Shown: positions 41,904-52,884 of the stretch, piece by piece | Position numbering within the stretch: the stretch's first letter is position 1 | How the letters are laid out: every line of letters starts with the position of its first letter | Origin: Trypanosoma brucei | Lineage: Eukaryota | Assembly (NCBI GenBank): GCA_000002445.1 | Contig: CP000071.1 | Coordinates: 2,144,001 to 2,208,000 of the forward strand | Direction of reading: 5' to 3' | DNA: 64,000 nt | Translations under genes and position numbers: made by a program | The notes under the pieces: model-generated | The model's input: the letters and a program-made list of their open reading frames with translations, nothing else | What the model was told of the DNA's origin: nothing | Databases searched by the model: none

Positions 41904-44047
41904 GAACAATTGCAAGAACCATGCTTGCAATAAATAGGCAAAAGGGTGTAAGGGGGCGAGGGACGAAAATGCGGGGTGGTAGCCGTGGAGGTGGCGATAA
42001 CAACAACTTATCTAGTGTTAGTCACGGATGGAATGATGAGAAAAGTGAGGGAAAAGGAAGAAGAGCGTTGATGCAAAATCGCCACACCCGCAGGGCGGGC
42101 TCTTTTAGGGGAAGTTAGGGAGGTGGGAAGAATGGAAAAATGTAATGGAAAAAAAAGTTAATGTGGTGGACTGAGCACGAAGTGCAGCGTTAGTATTTAG
42201 CTGCTGGAGAAGAACAGAGTGTTGTGCGGGCGTATTGGGGAGAACGACGTTGACGCAATTGTTCCCTTGCTCGCTGCTCTCAACATCGGTACCCTTTCCT
42301 ACTTTCCCCTCCCTACCACACCCTTGTTTTCCTCCTGACGATTGGTAAAATGTATGAAGGAAAGCAAACTGGAGGGTTGCAGCAATGCGACTCACCAAGA
42401 ATGGGGTGTTTGGTTACCCTTCTACGCACCTTTCCCCCATAAATTTGCCAGCTTACAGGGCCGTCGTAACCATCTCCGAGCACTGGTAACCCTCACCGTT
42501 GCTATCATTCAATGTCAATTTTTCCCGTTGTTTGATTGTTGTGAAACGTTTTAGTTGCTTGGTTTTTTATTGTGCACCGAACTCTTGTGTACCATATCAT
42601 CTGCCCTTCCATCGGCATATCAGTTGATCCATTTTTTTCTTCATTGTGGTAAGGTGATCTGCCGTCGTCCCTCTCTTCCTTTGTGGCCCGTTTTACACCT
42701 AAATCACTCGGCGCAAGCGCTGCGGTAGCCACGGTCTGTGTAGCTGTTGAGCGGGAACGACTGATATGCAGCGAGAAGCAGCTTACGTATATGAGTAGCT
42801 GGGTAGGTGGCTGAGTATTAGTATAGAAATGGAAACTTAATGTAAGAAGGGAAGAGTCATTTATGGTTACTGGTTCGATGAGGGGTAACCCAGCATATTT
42901 TTCTTTAGCCTCACTTGTTGCTCCCGCGACGTTTGCGAGGGATCTCCCCACCCCGTTTGACACTCCCATGCCCGTGCACGCATGCTCCACACTTATGATC
43001 ATTACGTGTTACCATCACCTCGTACGTGTGTTTTTGTTTATTCGGATCACTCAACCGACTCTACAAAGGAAAGACAATGTAGTGTGTAAAAGTGGATATG
43101 AGGGATATCCCTAGGGTTCGTCAGATGCACGTGTTGCTCAAGCGCAGCGGTGATGTAAGGATCGCCTTAAAGCCATATACTTCCACGTGCCATATTTCCT
43201 TCACGTGTGGTGTTCTCACCGGTAACACTTTCGCGCGGTGTCATATTTGAGCACATCCCGGAAATATGACATCATTTAACTGAGGAAAGGAAAAATATTC
43301 ATGCTGACAATGGCTTTTAAGGCTTGTTATGCCCTCTGCGTTAGTGGTGAAAGTGAGAGCAACTTAATGATATTCACTTTCGCAGATCCTCTGGCACTGA
43401 GATGAAGTTTACCGCTCTTTCCGTGATGTTATCGGTTTTAGGATGAAAAGAGAAGACGCATTTGTGCTCGCATAGCAGAAAATATAAAAAAACATGCCAC
43501 GACTGACATATTAATAATATGTAAGCAACCGTGCAAACGAGGGGCAAGATAGGTTTGACTCGCATTTATGCCCACTGGGAAGGGAACCTCCCAGGGATTG
43601 TTCCCACCATTGCGTGGGGAAGCGGAAGACACTGCAAATGTCTCCAAACCCCAATGCACACCAGCGAAAAAATATAAAAAAGGGAGAGTCTTGAGATCAA
43701 GTTGGGAGGGAACTCATCAGGAAGGCAAGCCACTGGATGGGGGAGGGATGACCAAAGAAGAAACACTGCAAATACACATCAAAAACGCTTTTGCGCCGTC
43801 CACACCGTCCTCATTGTGAATTGCCGCCGCCGACCTGTCCTTCAATTCCTTTTCACATTTCTGTGTAACTGCTCGACGGGTTTTGTGGAGATGTGCGCCC
43901 ATTTGACGGTCTCAACTAAGCATTGAGCCGCCCCTCGAGTACGCAATCTCCTTTACACCATACGTAATGCTGCAATTTCTTCTTATAAGTCCCTGTTGCT
44001 TACAAATGAAGCCACCTCTACCTTGTCTACTGAGTGCCGCGCGATAA

Positions 44048-44082
44048 TTCTCTCTTCCTTCTGCTTCCCTTGTGTATTCCAG
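44048..44082 (+). promoter_or_regulatory. Polypyrimidine tract plus AG immediately upstream of the adenylate cyclase start (candidate trans-splice acceptor site)
   Basis: ttctctcttccttctgcttcccttgtgtattccAG sits 18 nt before the ATG at 44100. This argues that the 5' extension in the ORF track (44034) is not coding. Confidence 0.35.
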
Positions 44083-44099
44083 GTTCCTCAAGTTGTGTT

Positions 44100-47000
44100 A
44101 TGGGCTTTAGGGCTGGCTCCATGTGTGCACGCGGTCAGCAGCGCATCGGCGCACCCCTGCTGTTGTGCTTTCTACTGCTGTCTGGTCCCTGGGAGGGAGT
44201 CGAAGGGAAAGGTAACATAACAGTCAAAGTGTATAGCTTTTTGCGCAACAAACACATTGCGAAGCGCCGCTTGGAATCAGTCACCGCAGGTTTTAACGCC
44301 TCTATACAGTCCCGCAGCTCGACGCTACCGCAGAATGTGGTGCTTGAGATCGTCACCCCACCCGATGATGGAGTTCCACTCCAAAAGTTTTTGGAAGAAG
44401 GTTTGAAGAAGGGAAAGGGGGAACTGCCCATTGTGCTGGGACCTGTTGGAGACCGGAACACGCTATCAGTCACTTCATATCTCCACAAAGAAAAAATAGT
44501 TGCCTTTTCTCCCATCACTGGGTCCTTGCTTGTGCGTAAGTGGAGGCAGAACCTGTACTATCTTACGGCATCGCCTGCTGCAGAGGTGCTTGCACTAATT
44601 CGTTATGCAGTGAGTCAATTGAGGCTTCGGCGACTGGGTTTTATGTACCTGAAGGGCGTTTCTTTCGGCGATAAGGAGTATAAGATGACGGTTAAGGCAA
44701 TGTCGATGATGGGTCGTAAATTGTGCGGTGTTTTTGAAATAGATGGCTCTACGAATGGAAAGCTTTCCAATGATGATTTTCTGGTTGTGTGGAACAGCTT
44801 TGCAAGAACACTACCACAAGGTGTGATTGTCTTCGGTTCGCCAATTGATGAAACTCAAAAGTTTGTAGCATGTGTCGCCTCAGACTACCGCACACGGCAT
44901 GCGTACTTGCTACTCCCCTCAACGCTTCAATTCTTGGTCGCAGATACGTGGTCCCAAACACTGGATATCGCCGGTCGCGCGTACGTCCCTCGTCAGATAA
45001 TATTAACGGGGGTGACTCCACTCCCAACGGACACGGAATACAAAGCCATCCGACGGTTCCAAGAGGACATCAAAAAGTATATGGGGAAAGAATTCGGTAA
45101 CAACACAGCACAAACTAAAAAAGGAAGCCGTCATGTAGATGACGATATTGACGGTGAGATGATGGTGTTTGGGTGGATTGCTGGCGAGGTGCTGTCACGC
45201 GCACTGAGTAGCCGTGAGTGGCTTAGAAGTAGGGAAGCGTTCATCAAGTCATTGTTCAGCCAGCGTCGGTACGTTATCGATGACCTTGTGATTGGTGATT
45301 TTGGTGGTAAATGCATAGGAAGAGCAGGTGAAAGTGGGGCGGCGTGCAAATGTAATCAAGGTGGAAATGTTGTTTACATGAAAGAGATGGTAGAGGACTA
45401 CCGGCTGCAACCCGTGAATGGGGGGAAAATGCTACTAAACGCTGCCAAATGTCAGAGAAGAATATTACAACTGTATGCCCCATTGAATGGTATAATGTTT
45501 CGATTGGAAGACAATCCATTGGCGCAGCGGATTACAGAGGAATATCGCGATGGCGCCTCCCCCGCTGTTGGAAAGGGCCAATTGGGTCAAGGTGATCGCT
45601 TCTTTTTGCATGAACTGAATTCGACATCGAGTGCGACAAAGCACAACATGTTAGAGGAGGTTAAAGAGCGTGTTGTGACGGCCGTGTTCGGTGTTGTGGA
45701 TGACGCGCTACTGTCGATGACAGATATGACATTTATTGATCCCATTCCTCTCAGTCCCAGGTTGAAACACCCCGGAAGGAATGTGTTGCATTTGTCTCCA
45801 ACAATTGAGCAGCAGATTTTTGTAATGGTGGAGCGTGTTGTGGTTCCGAATTCCTGGGGGAGTGTGCATGCAATTGTTCGCAGTAGTGATGCACGTGGAA
45901 TAAAATCTGTTCTTCGAAAGACTTTTTGGGCACTTGGTGGGTCGCTGGGTGCTTTCGACGAAGTTACCGACGGTGAAAGTGTGAAGAGTTTGTTACCGCA
46001 TAGCGGCTTCGTTCTCGTTATTGGTCTAACTGAAGCTGATATTACTGCAATTGCTGAGCATCTTGACAATCACAGGGAAGTGCGTGTATTTGTGTTATTC
46101 TTCGATGTGGCACTGCTGTACAGTGAGTTTGTGAAGGTATTCAAAAAGCATCCGCAAGCTGCCGAGCGGTTACTATTCGCAACAAGCCTACCACACTGGG
46201 CAGACAACAATACGACATCCGAGACGGTTCAGGGATTTCAAGACGACGTGGGTAATGAGAGTAAATGGACTCCACTGGCGCTGCTTGGGTACGTCACTGC
46301 CCGCGCTGTGAGCACTGTGCTGCCACGCGCGGGGTATTTGTCCCCAGAAATCCTTGCCAATGCCATATACACGCAGTCGGTCATAGTTGTAGATGGCATC
46401 CGCTTCCGAACGTTCAGTGCTACAGAGTGTCAAGCAGATAGTGGGTTTGCAGCTAAAGGGTGTGCTATAAATTACGGTGCGACAAGGATTTCGGTGTGGT
46501 CCATGGCTCGTGTGTTGAACCCTTCCGTACCACCTGTCACCAAGGCAGCAACGCCATCGATGCAGTACACCCACCCCAACAATGGGCTTTCGGCCAGGAA
46601 GCTTGCCGGCATCATTGTCGGGTCTCTCTTTTTGGTGCTGCTCACGGTGCTGCTTGTAGTGTTGCTTTCCTTTTTTCGCCGCCACGCGCGCGATAACGAG
46701 AACGCACCGAAAGAATTGACAGACCCCGTAACGCTAATATTCACTGACATCGATAGCAGCACTGCGCAGTGGGCGGCACACCCCGAGCTTATGCCTGATG
46801 CCGTTGCAACACATCACCGCATAATTCGCACATTGATTTCCAAGTATGGATGCTATGAAGTGAAGACTGTTGGAGATTCTTTTATGATTGCATGCAAGAG
46901 CCCTTTCGCTGCTACGCAATTAGCGTGTGACATGCAACGATGCTTTTTAGAACATGATTGGAAGACTGATGTGTTTGATACGTCTTATCGTGAGTTTGAG

Positions 47001-47903
47001 CGGCAGCGTGCGGAAGGCGATGGGGATTATGTTCCACCCACTGGCCACCTTGACCCTGATGTTTACAGTCGGTTGTGGAATGGACTGCGAGTGCGTGTTG
47101 GAATTCACACCGGGTTGTGTGATATTCGGCATGATGAAGTAACGAAAGGATATGACTACTACGGTCGTACATCGAATATGGCAGCACGGACTGGGAGTGT
47201 TGCTAACGGTGGGCAGGTGCTGCTGACACGTTCGACATACCTTGCGGTGACCGGTGGGGAGCGTGAGCAATTAAATGTGACTGCATTGGGTGATGTGCCA
47301 TTGCGTGGTGTACCCAAACCTGTGGAGATGTACCAATTGAATGCGGTGCCCGAAAGGACATTTGCTGCGCTTCTCCTCGACTGTCAGATTATCGATGGCA
47401 CTGACGAAGAGATGAGCACGTCCGCCAGCGACGTGGGTTCCGTTGCCGTTGAATTGCCTGAATCGGCTCAACACGTTGCCACTTCGTTAGAGACACTTCT
47501 CGGAACCTTCACACCCGCTCAGAGGCAGGCGCTGCTCATGTCTGTCTGCGAGCGCTGGCGCGTCACGTCGCCCCGGAAGGTCCACGAAGGCTGGGACAAC
47601 TCCGTGTGTCATGATGTTATATGCCATATTGCAGCAAGGGTGGGTCACGTGGTTAACTTTGGGGCGAGGAACGCCACCGCCACCGCTAGCTCCACTACAC
47701 GGCAGTCTTCTCTTTGTTCGTATCGCTCGCTTGGTCTCTGCGGGTATGGTTCACATGGGCAGCCAAGCTCTACAAACCAAGAAAACACCAGAAGGGATGT
47801 GCCCCAACCTGCGGGGTCACCTCATGGAAGCCCCGAACCTTCGACAAGCTCCAGCAACAGTATCCACGTTTTACCCTTCAACCAATGCAAGGGCCCATTT
47901 TAA
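44100..47903 (+). CDS. Receptor-type adenylate cyclase (trypanosomatid GRESAG4/ESAG4-like): signal peptide, extracellular periplasmic-binding-protein-like domain, single TM, class III cyclase catalytic domain
   Basis: N-terminal signal MGFRAGSMCARGQQRIGAPLLLCFLLLSGPWEG. One TM (LAGIIVGSLFLVLLTVLLVVLLSFF). A catalytic domain with VTLIFTDIDSSTAQWA...YEVKTVGDSFMIACKSPF...GLRVRVGIHTGLCD...YDYYGRTSNMAARTGSVANGGQVLLT (metal-binding D/D and transition-state residues). The track ORF begins at 44034, but the first in-frame ATG after the splice-site-like polyY/AG is at 44100. Confidence 0.9.
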   Translation: MGFRAGSMCARGQQRIGAPLLLCFLLLSGPWEGVEGKGNITVKVYSFLRNKHIAKRRLESVTAGFNASIQSRSSTLPQNVVLEIVTPPDDGVPLQKFLEEGLKKGKGELPIVLGPVGDRNTLSVTSYLHKEKIVAFSPITGSLLVRKWRQNLYYLTASPAAEVLALIRYAVSQLRLRRLGFMYLKGVSFGDKEYKMTVKAMSMMGRKLCGVFEIDGSTNGKLSNDDFLVVWNSFARTLPQGVIVFGSPIDETQKFVACVASDYRTRHAYLLLPSTLQFLVADTWSQTLDIAGRAYVPRQIILTGVTPLPTDTEYKAIRRFQEDIKKYMGKEFGNNTAQTKKGSRHVDDDIDGEMMVFGWIAGEVLSRALSSREWLRSREAFIKSLFSQRRYVIDDLVIGDFGGKCIGRAGESGAACKCNQGGNVVYMKEMVEDYRLQPVNGGKMLLNAAKCQRRILQLYAPLNGIMFRLEDNPLAQRITEEYRDGASPAVGKGQLGQGDRFFLHELNSTSSATKHNMLEEVKERVVTAVFGVVDDALLSMTDMTFIDPIPLSPRLKHPGRNVLHLSPTIEQQIFVMVERVVVPNSWGSVHAIVRSSDARGIKSVLRKTFWALGGSLGAFDEVTDGESVKSLLPHSGFVLVIGLTEADITAIAEHLDNHREVRVFVLFFDVALLYSEFVKVFKKHPQAAERLLFATSLPHWADNNTTSETVQGFQDDVGNESKWTPLALLGYVTARAVSTVLPRAGYLSPEILANAIYTQSVIVVDGIRFRTFSATECQADSGFAAKGCAINYGATRISVWSMARVLNPSVPPVTKAATPSMQYTHPNNGLSARKLAGIIVGSLFLVLLTVLLVVLLSFFRRHARDNENAPKELTDPVTLIFTDIDSSTAQWAAHPELMPDAVATHHRIIRTLISKYGCYEVKTVGDSFMIACKSPFAATQLACDMQRCFLEHDWKTDVFDTSYREFERQRAEGDGDYVPPTGHLDPDVYSRLWNGLRVRVGIHTGLCDIRHDEVTKGYDYYGRTSNMAARTGSVANGGQVLLTRSTYLAVTGGEREQLNVTALGDVPLRGVPKPVEMYQLNAVPERTFAALLLDCQIIDGTDEEMSTSASDVGSVAVELPESAQHVATSLETLLGTFTPAQRQALLMSVCERWRVTSPRKVHEGWDNSVCHDVICHIAARVGHVVNFGARNATATASSTTRQSSLCSYRSLGLCGYGSHGQPSSTNQENTRRDVPQPAGSPHGSPEPSTSSSNSIHVLPFNQCKGPF

Positions 47904-50318
47904 TACGCAACTTGTCACTCCAAATGAGGCCTGGAGATTGTGCTTAACCTTGTATCACCTGTTTATCTATACCATCGTCATAAATTAACCTATTTTTTTT
48001 TTTGCTTTCAACACTCTTTTTCGTGTACACGGTTGGTCAAGTGATGTTTGTTAAACCCTCTCTTTTTGTGCGGTTATTTCTGTTTTACAGTTGTTTTCCT
48101 TTTTTAAAATGACAAACGTCTCCCATTGCGCAGGTACACGTGTGAATATATACATGCATGTGTGTGTCGGCGTGTTGTTGTCCGTTTCTCCCCACCATCA
48201 CCCTCGTCCCCGTGCGCCTGCTGTTGGAGTTTTTTCTCCATTCGGGTGTTGGCATATTTGAAATGGGGAGCTGGCACGATTTATTTGTTTCTTACTTTAT
48301 ATATTTCCTACATTGTCGTGCTTGTTCGTGTTGGACTTATCCTATCGTAACTCTGTTTGCACCACGCTTACAAGGCATTTTTTCTTATACTTCGACAGGG
48401 ATAAGGTGGTAGCCAGTCTATAAAGAGACTGCAGCTATCCTTTCTTGTAACAAAAAAAAAAGAATTTATACCACCATTGGGAAACGTAACCTACTCCCAA
48501 GTGTTTCTAGTAAGTTAGATCTGTCCCTCCCATTTGCTTAAATACGAATGTAGCGTTTGTTCTTGGTATATTTTTTTTTTGCTTGCATCAGTCCTGGATG
48601 CACGTTGTCGAACAGGTTGTAGTATATAATATATGTACAAAAAGTACAACCCCCCCCCTTCCTCGGCTCGCACTGCGCTTTGGCACTATTTTTTTCCTTT
48701 TTTTAGTTGTCGTTGTTATTGTTCTGTTTTGAATAACCCCTCCCTCGTGAAACCGTTTGTACATATGCTTCCCAATAAAAGTCGATGTGGCAGCGCCTTT
48801 GTCACAAGATGAATCACATCTCATGACGTCATGGACTGCGTTAAACTTCGTTAAGATAATAGTAACCTTTCGATGGACCTTCCGCTGCAAAAGCATATCC
48901 TTTTCCCTTCTGCCCCTTCTTATGTTCTCAGGTAGCCAAAAAATGTGAGACAGGGAGTGAATACATGTGCTTCCGCTGTGTGCATGCGGGCCCATGCATG
49001 CAAACAGGTTTGTACACCTTGTGGGATCTGGTAACGAGAATAACCGGAAGATGCAGGAGGGGCACATCATGCGAATGGAGGTGTTGTTCTTTAGGGTTGA
49101 CCACACTATTTTCAGTCCTTTTCTTGCTTGCACGGTTAGCTGTTCGAGAAAATTTTCGCACCAAATGCTGCGGGTGAACAGTGATAACAGGTTTCTACAA
49201 TGCGGTGACGGATATTGACGGAACTTTTCACACCAAAGACCCCTGTCAATGCCCAACTCCACCTGCGGACGGTTACGGCGCCTAGAAAGTTGGAAAGAAA
49301 ATGAAGGGTCGCCCAGCTGCTCTGCTACCCACCATCGTAGGGGCGACAATTTGTATTCAGGTAGAACGGCAGTGAGCCACGGAGGCACAACAAGGGTTTA
49401 GAAAAGAACTTTGATTTTGCGTGCGATGTTTGCCGGTTCCAATGTAATTGATCAGTGTTTAGGGTCATGTCCACCCCCATTCGCTAGTTGTGGACGGTAA
49501 AAAGATACATGTCGCTTAACTGGCAACGTCTCTTTTATGAGCAACATGCATCACAAAAGCCGCGCACAACCGAGCGCACTGTTCACCGACGTGCGAGGTA
49601 CTCACTGTACCCATCGTTTACACTCTCACGAGCTACCCGTAAAAAACAAAACGTTTCACCGGAGTGTGATGCTGCCCAACGGCCATTTAGACACCGTAAC
49701 CTGTCAGTGCCCCCCCCCCCCGCGGTACAAGCAATTAGGTCGTAGAACGGTCACCGGAGAGCACACGGAGTGGATTGTACACATATGCGCCTATCACTTC
49801 AAGCATGAATCGTTGGAGAGGTGGTACCACCGCAGAAACGAAAATGACCAACACACGTAAACACCACTGAGCATACATTGGGATGAGTGTCATCATCTCT
49901 CGGTCGGCAGAAAGCAGTCCATTGGGTGCGGGGGAGAGGAGTACAAGGAAGGGGAAAAAAACAAAAAGAATAATCTGCAACCCGGAAATGTTGAATACAA
50001 CACGCTCATCGGATGAAATAAGGGTTGAACCGCTTATACTACAAATATACCTTCAACAGTCAACACCGAAGAGCAGGGCCTCCAAGGTATTCTAAACAGT
50101 ACATGCACTCCAATAATTATGTTCCGTCGAGGCATTTAACAATTCGCTTAGTACCACGAAAAAGTACACGGTGCCAACAGAAACGTTTAAGCCAAAACAC
50201 GCGCAAACAACAGTGTTGGTACGCAATTTTCCCCTTAACATTATTACTTTCCCCCTACCTCATATTTTCTATATCCATCAAGTGTGTAACCACAAAGACA
50301 CTTAACCACCAAAAGAAA

Positions 50319-51722
50319 ATGACCAGCATCAATGCCCAACCACCCAACTCAGCCACTTATTCTCAGGATGATCATGGCAGCGCAGAAGTTGTGAACCTAA
50401 ATGCTGAGGTGGAACGCCCACAGCCAGAGGAACGGAAAGATGGTGGTGGTTGCTTTGCCAGGGTGAGTCTATTTATGGCAACTATCATCCCACCGGGAGG
50501 TATCGCCGCAAGTGCCTTCAACATTGCATCTTCAACCATTGGTGCCGGCATTGTAGGCTTGCCTTCTGCCGCCAACAGCAGTGGGCTTGTGATGGCGATG
50601 ATTTATCTTATTATCATTACGGCAATGTCTGTGTTTACAATGCACAATCTCGCAGTGGTTGCTGATAAATCAAGTGCTCGCACGTTCGAGGAAATAACAG
50701 GCAAGTTGCTTGGGCGTGGAGCTTCATATTGTCTCGCTGGAGTTCGTGCTTTCCATGGCTTCAGTGGATGTGTGGCATATGTGATTTCTGTGGGTGATAT
50801 CCTGAGTGCTACCTTAAAGGGTACCAATGCTCCGGATTTCCTGAAGCAGAAGTCAGGCAACCACCTGCTGACATCCCTCATGTGGTTATGCTTCATGCTT
50901 CCACTTGTAATACCTCGGCACATTGACTCCCTACGTCACGTTTCAACCATTGCCGTCAGTTTCATTATCTACCTCGTCATCGTTATTGTAGTGCACTCAT
51001 GCATGAATGGGTTACCGGAAAATATCAAGAACGTCAGTGTGGGAAAGGATGACAATGCTGAGATTATATTGTTTAACAGTGGGAACAGAGCCATCGAAGG
51101 TCTTGGAGTATTCATGTTCGCTTATGTGTGCCAAGTCGTCGCAGTGGAGATATACATGGACATGACAGACCGTTCTCCGCGAAGATTTGTCCTTGCATCT
51201 GCAATTGCATTGGGTATCTGCTTCGCATTGTACGTAATGACAGCCTTCTTTGGTTACATGGACTTTGGTCGTGCTGTTACTGGCTCTGTGCTTCTGATGT
51301 ATGACCCAGTGAATGAACCTGCAATTATGGTCGGTTTCGTTGGTGTGCTCGTCAAGCTATGTGCGTCATATGCATTGCTTGGAATGGCTTGTCGCAACGG
51401 CTTGTACAGCATCGTGGGATGGGATGCCGACAAGGTTGCCTTCTGGAAGCACTGCATTGCCGTTGTTACTCTCTCTGTCGTCATGTTGTTGTGTGGCCTA
51501 TTCATCCCGAATATCAACACAGTTCTTGGGTTCGCTGGTTCCATCTCTGGTGGATCGCTGGGTTTCCTATTTCCCGCCTTATTGGTGATGTATTCCGGTG
51601 GCTTTACGTGGCAGAAGGTGGGTCCGTTTTATTATCTTACTACATACGCTGTATTACTTACAGGTGTTATTGCCATTGTATTTGGTACGGGAGCGACCAT
51701 CTGGGGAACTGCGACTGGTTAA
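50319..51722 (+). CDS. Amino acid transporter (AAT/AAAP family), array copy 1 (most divergent copy)
   Basis: 467 aa with about 11 TM helices. Conserved AAAP N-terminal block GGCFARVSLFMATIIPPGGIAASAFNI..GAGI.GLP.AANSSGLVMAMIYLIIITAM. The start is set at the MTSINAQ shared by all copies, not the upstream in-frame Met of the ORF track. Confidence 0.85.
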   Translation: MTSINAQPPNSATYSQDDHGSAEVVNLNAEVERPQPEERKDGGGCFARVSLFMATIIPPGGIAASAFNIASSTIGAGIVGLPSAANSSGLVMAMIYLIIITAMSVFTMHNLAVVADKSSARTFEEITGKLLGRGASYCLAGVRAFHGFSGCVAYVISVGDILSATLKGTNAPDFLKQKSGNHLLTSLMWLCFMLPLVIPRHIDSLRHVSTIAVSFIIYLVIVIVVHSCMNGLPENIKNVSVGKDDNAEIILFNSGNRAIEGLGVFMFAYVCQVVAVEIYMDMTDRSPRRFVLASAIALGICFALYVMTAFFGYMDFGRAVTGSVLLMYDPVNEPAIMVGFVGVLVKLCASYALLGMACRNGLYSIVGWDADKVAFWKHCIAVVTLSVVMLLCGLFIPNINTVLGFAGSISGGSLGFLFPALLVMYSGGFTWQKVGPFYYLTTYAVLLTGVIAIVFGTGATIWGTATG

Positions 51723-52884
51723 TTGGTTTATGTGTAGCATATCGGAATGTATCGTTTTAACGGGTTTATCGAGGCATGAACAGTACTATAAGTGCTGTAA
51801 AATAATATTATCATCACTATTATAGCAATGACACTGAGCGTAAACGTTACTAATAACACGGAAGTGAATGACTAGGCGACTTCTCTTTCCGCTTCACTAC
51901 TCAAAAATATAACAACACATATTTTGTTTTTCTGCTGTTTCTGACAGTATAGTCCCCAACCCCAACTGAATCGCTTCAACCCAGGTCGGTTGATGTTTTT
52001 TCCCTAGTTGGCAACGCGCTCCAACATATCTTCACTTAGTCTATGCGTGGCATCTGTAGAGTGGCTGAAACGCCTCATTGAACATCGAAATATAATAATT
52101 CTTTCGTAACTTCAATTATCTGCAAAGTGCCACAATAACTACACAGCAATAAGGGCGTCTCGATCCATCATAAAAATGGGTATTATATGCCAATACCCTC
52201 AATGGCAACAATCAAAGAAAATAACATATCGATGACGAACCGATTCCTCCCCGTCTGCATTGTGCCGGTGCCTCCTTCAACTCTACTTTATATAATCTTC
52301 TTCCCCTATCCTTTACCCCTTGTTTCTGGTCTCCAAAAGTATGCGAAAGTACACAAATAAAATAGACTGGTGTCGCAGCTATCCTGGCACAACTATTATG
52401 CTTGAGTGCACAGGCTGAGAGATAATTTTGACAAATGACTTTAGGTTTCACATGTGTAAGCAGTGGCAGTATCAGATTTGCTAACACAGTGGAGCATGAG
52501 CATGCAAGTGATTCCAATAATGTAGATCACGCGGAAAGGCTAATTGCTCTGTTATTAACTGCATTTGGTAATTGTACTAGCACCATTATGTGCTCGGAGT
52601 GAGCGTTCCATAGTACTATGGCTGTGGCAAGTTTCAGAGTGTGGGATGAGTTAACAACGATGCCAAGAACGCTGGCCGCTATTCCCTAAGATGCGTCTGC
52701 ACTGCCACCGTAGCAAGTAACGTCTCTAGGCAGTTAACCCTTATGTGTATGTGTAACACTCCGATGCTACTTCTCCACTCGCTAAGCCGTTTTGTTCCCC
52801 TCAACATTCTTACTTTCCCCTTACCTCATATTTTCTATATCCATCAAGTGTGTAACCACAAAGACACTTAACCACCAAAAGAAA

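Noticed and set aside
41609-42118. 169-aa + strand ORF overlapping the 3' end of the RING-CH gene
   Set aside because: An out-of-frame overlap with a supported CDS. Gly/Arg-rich low complexity.
44034-44099. Upstream in-frame Met (MPRDNSLFLLLPLCIPGSSSCV) as the adenylate cyclase start
   Set aside because: This stretch is the polypyrimidine tract plus AG acceptor itself (ttctctcttccttctgcttcccttgtgtattccag). The signal peptide begins at the next Met (MGFRAGSMCARG...LLLCFLLLSGPW).
50025-50318. N-terminal extensions of the transporter ORFs in the ORF track (e.g. starts at 50025, 52792, 55287, 58012, 60737)
   Set aside because: The extensions read through the conserved polypyrimidine/AG processing region and differ between copies, whereas all copies converge on MT(I)SI.. 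at the conserved ATG. The extensions are 5'UTR that happens to be open.
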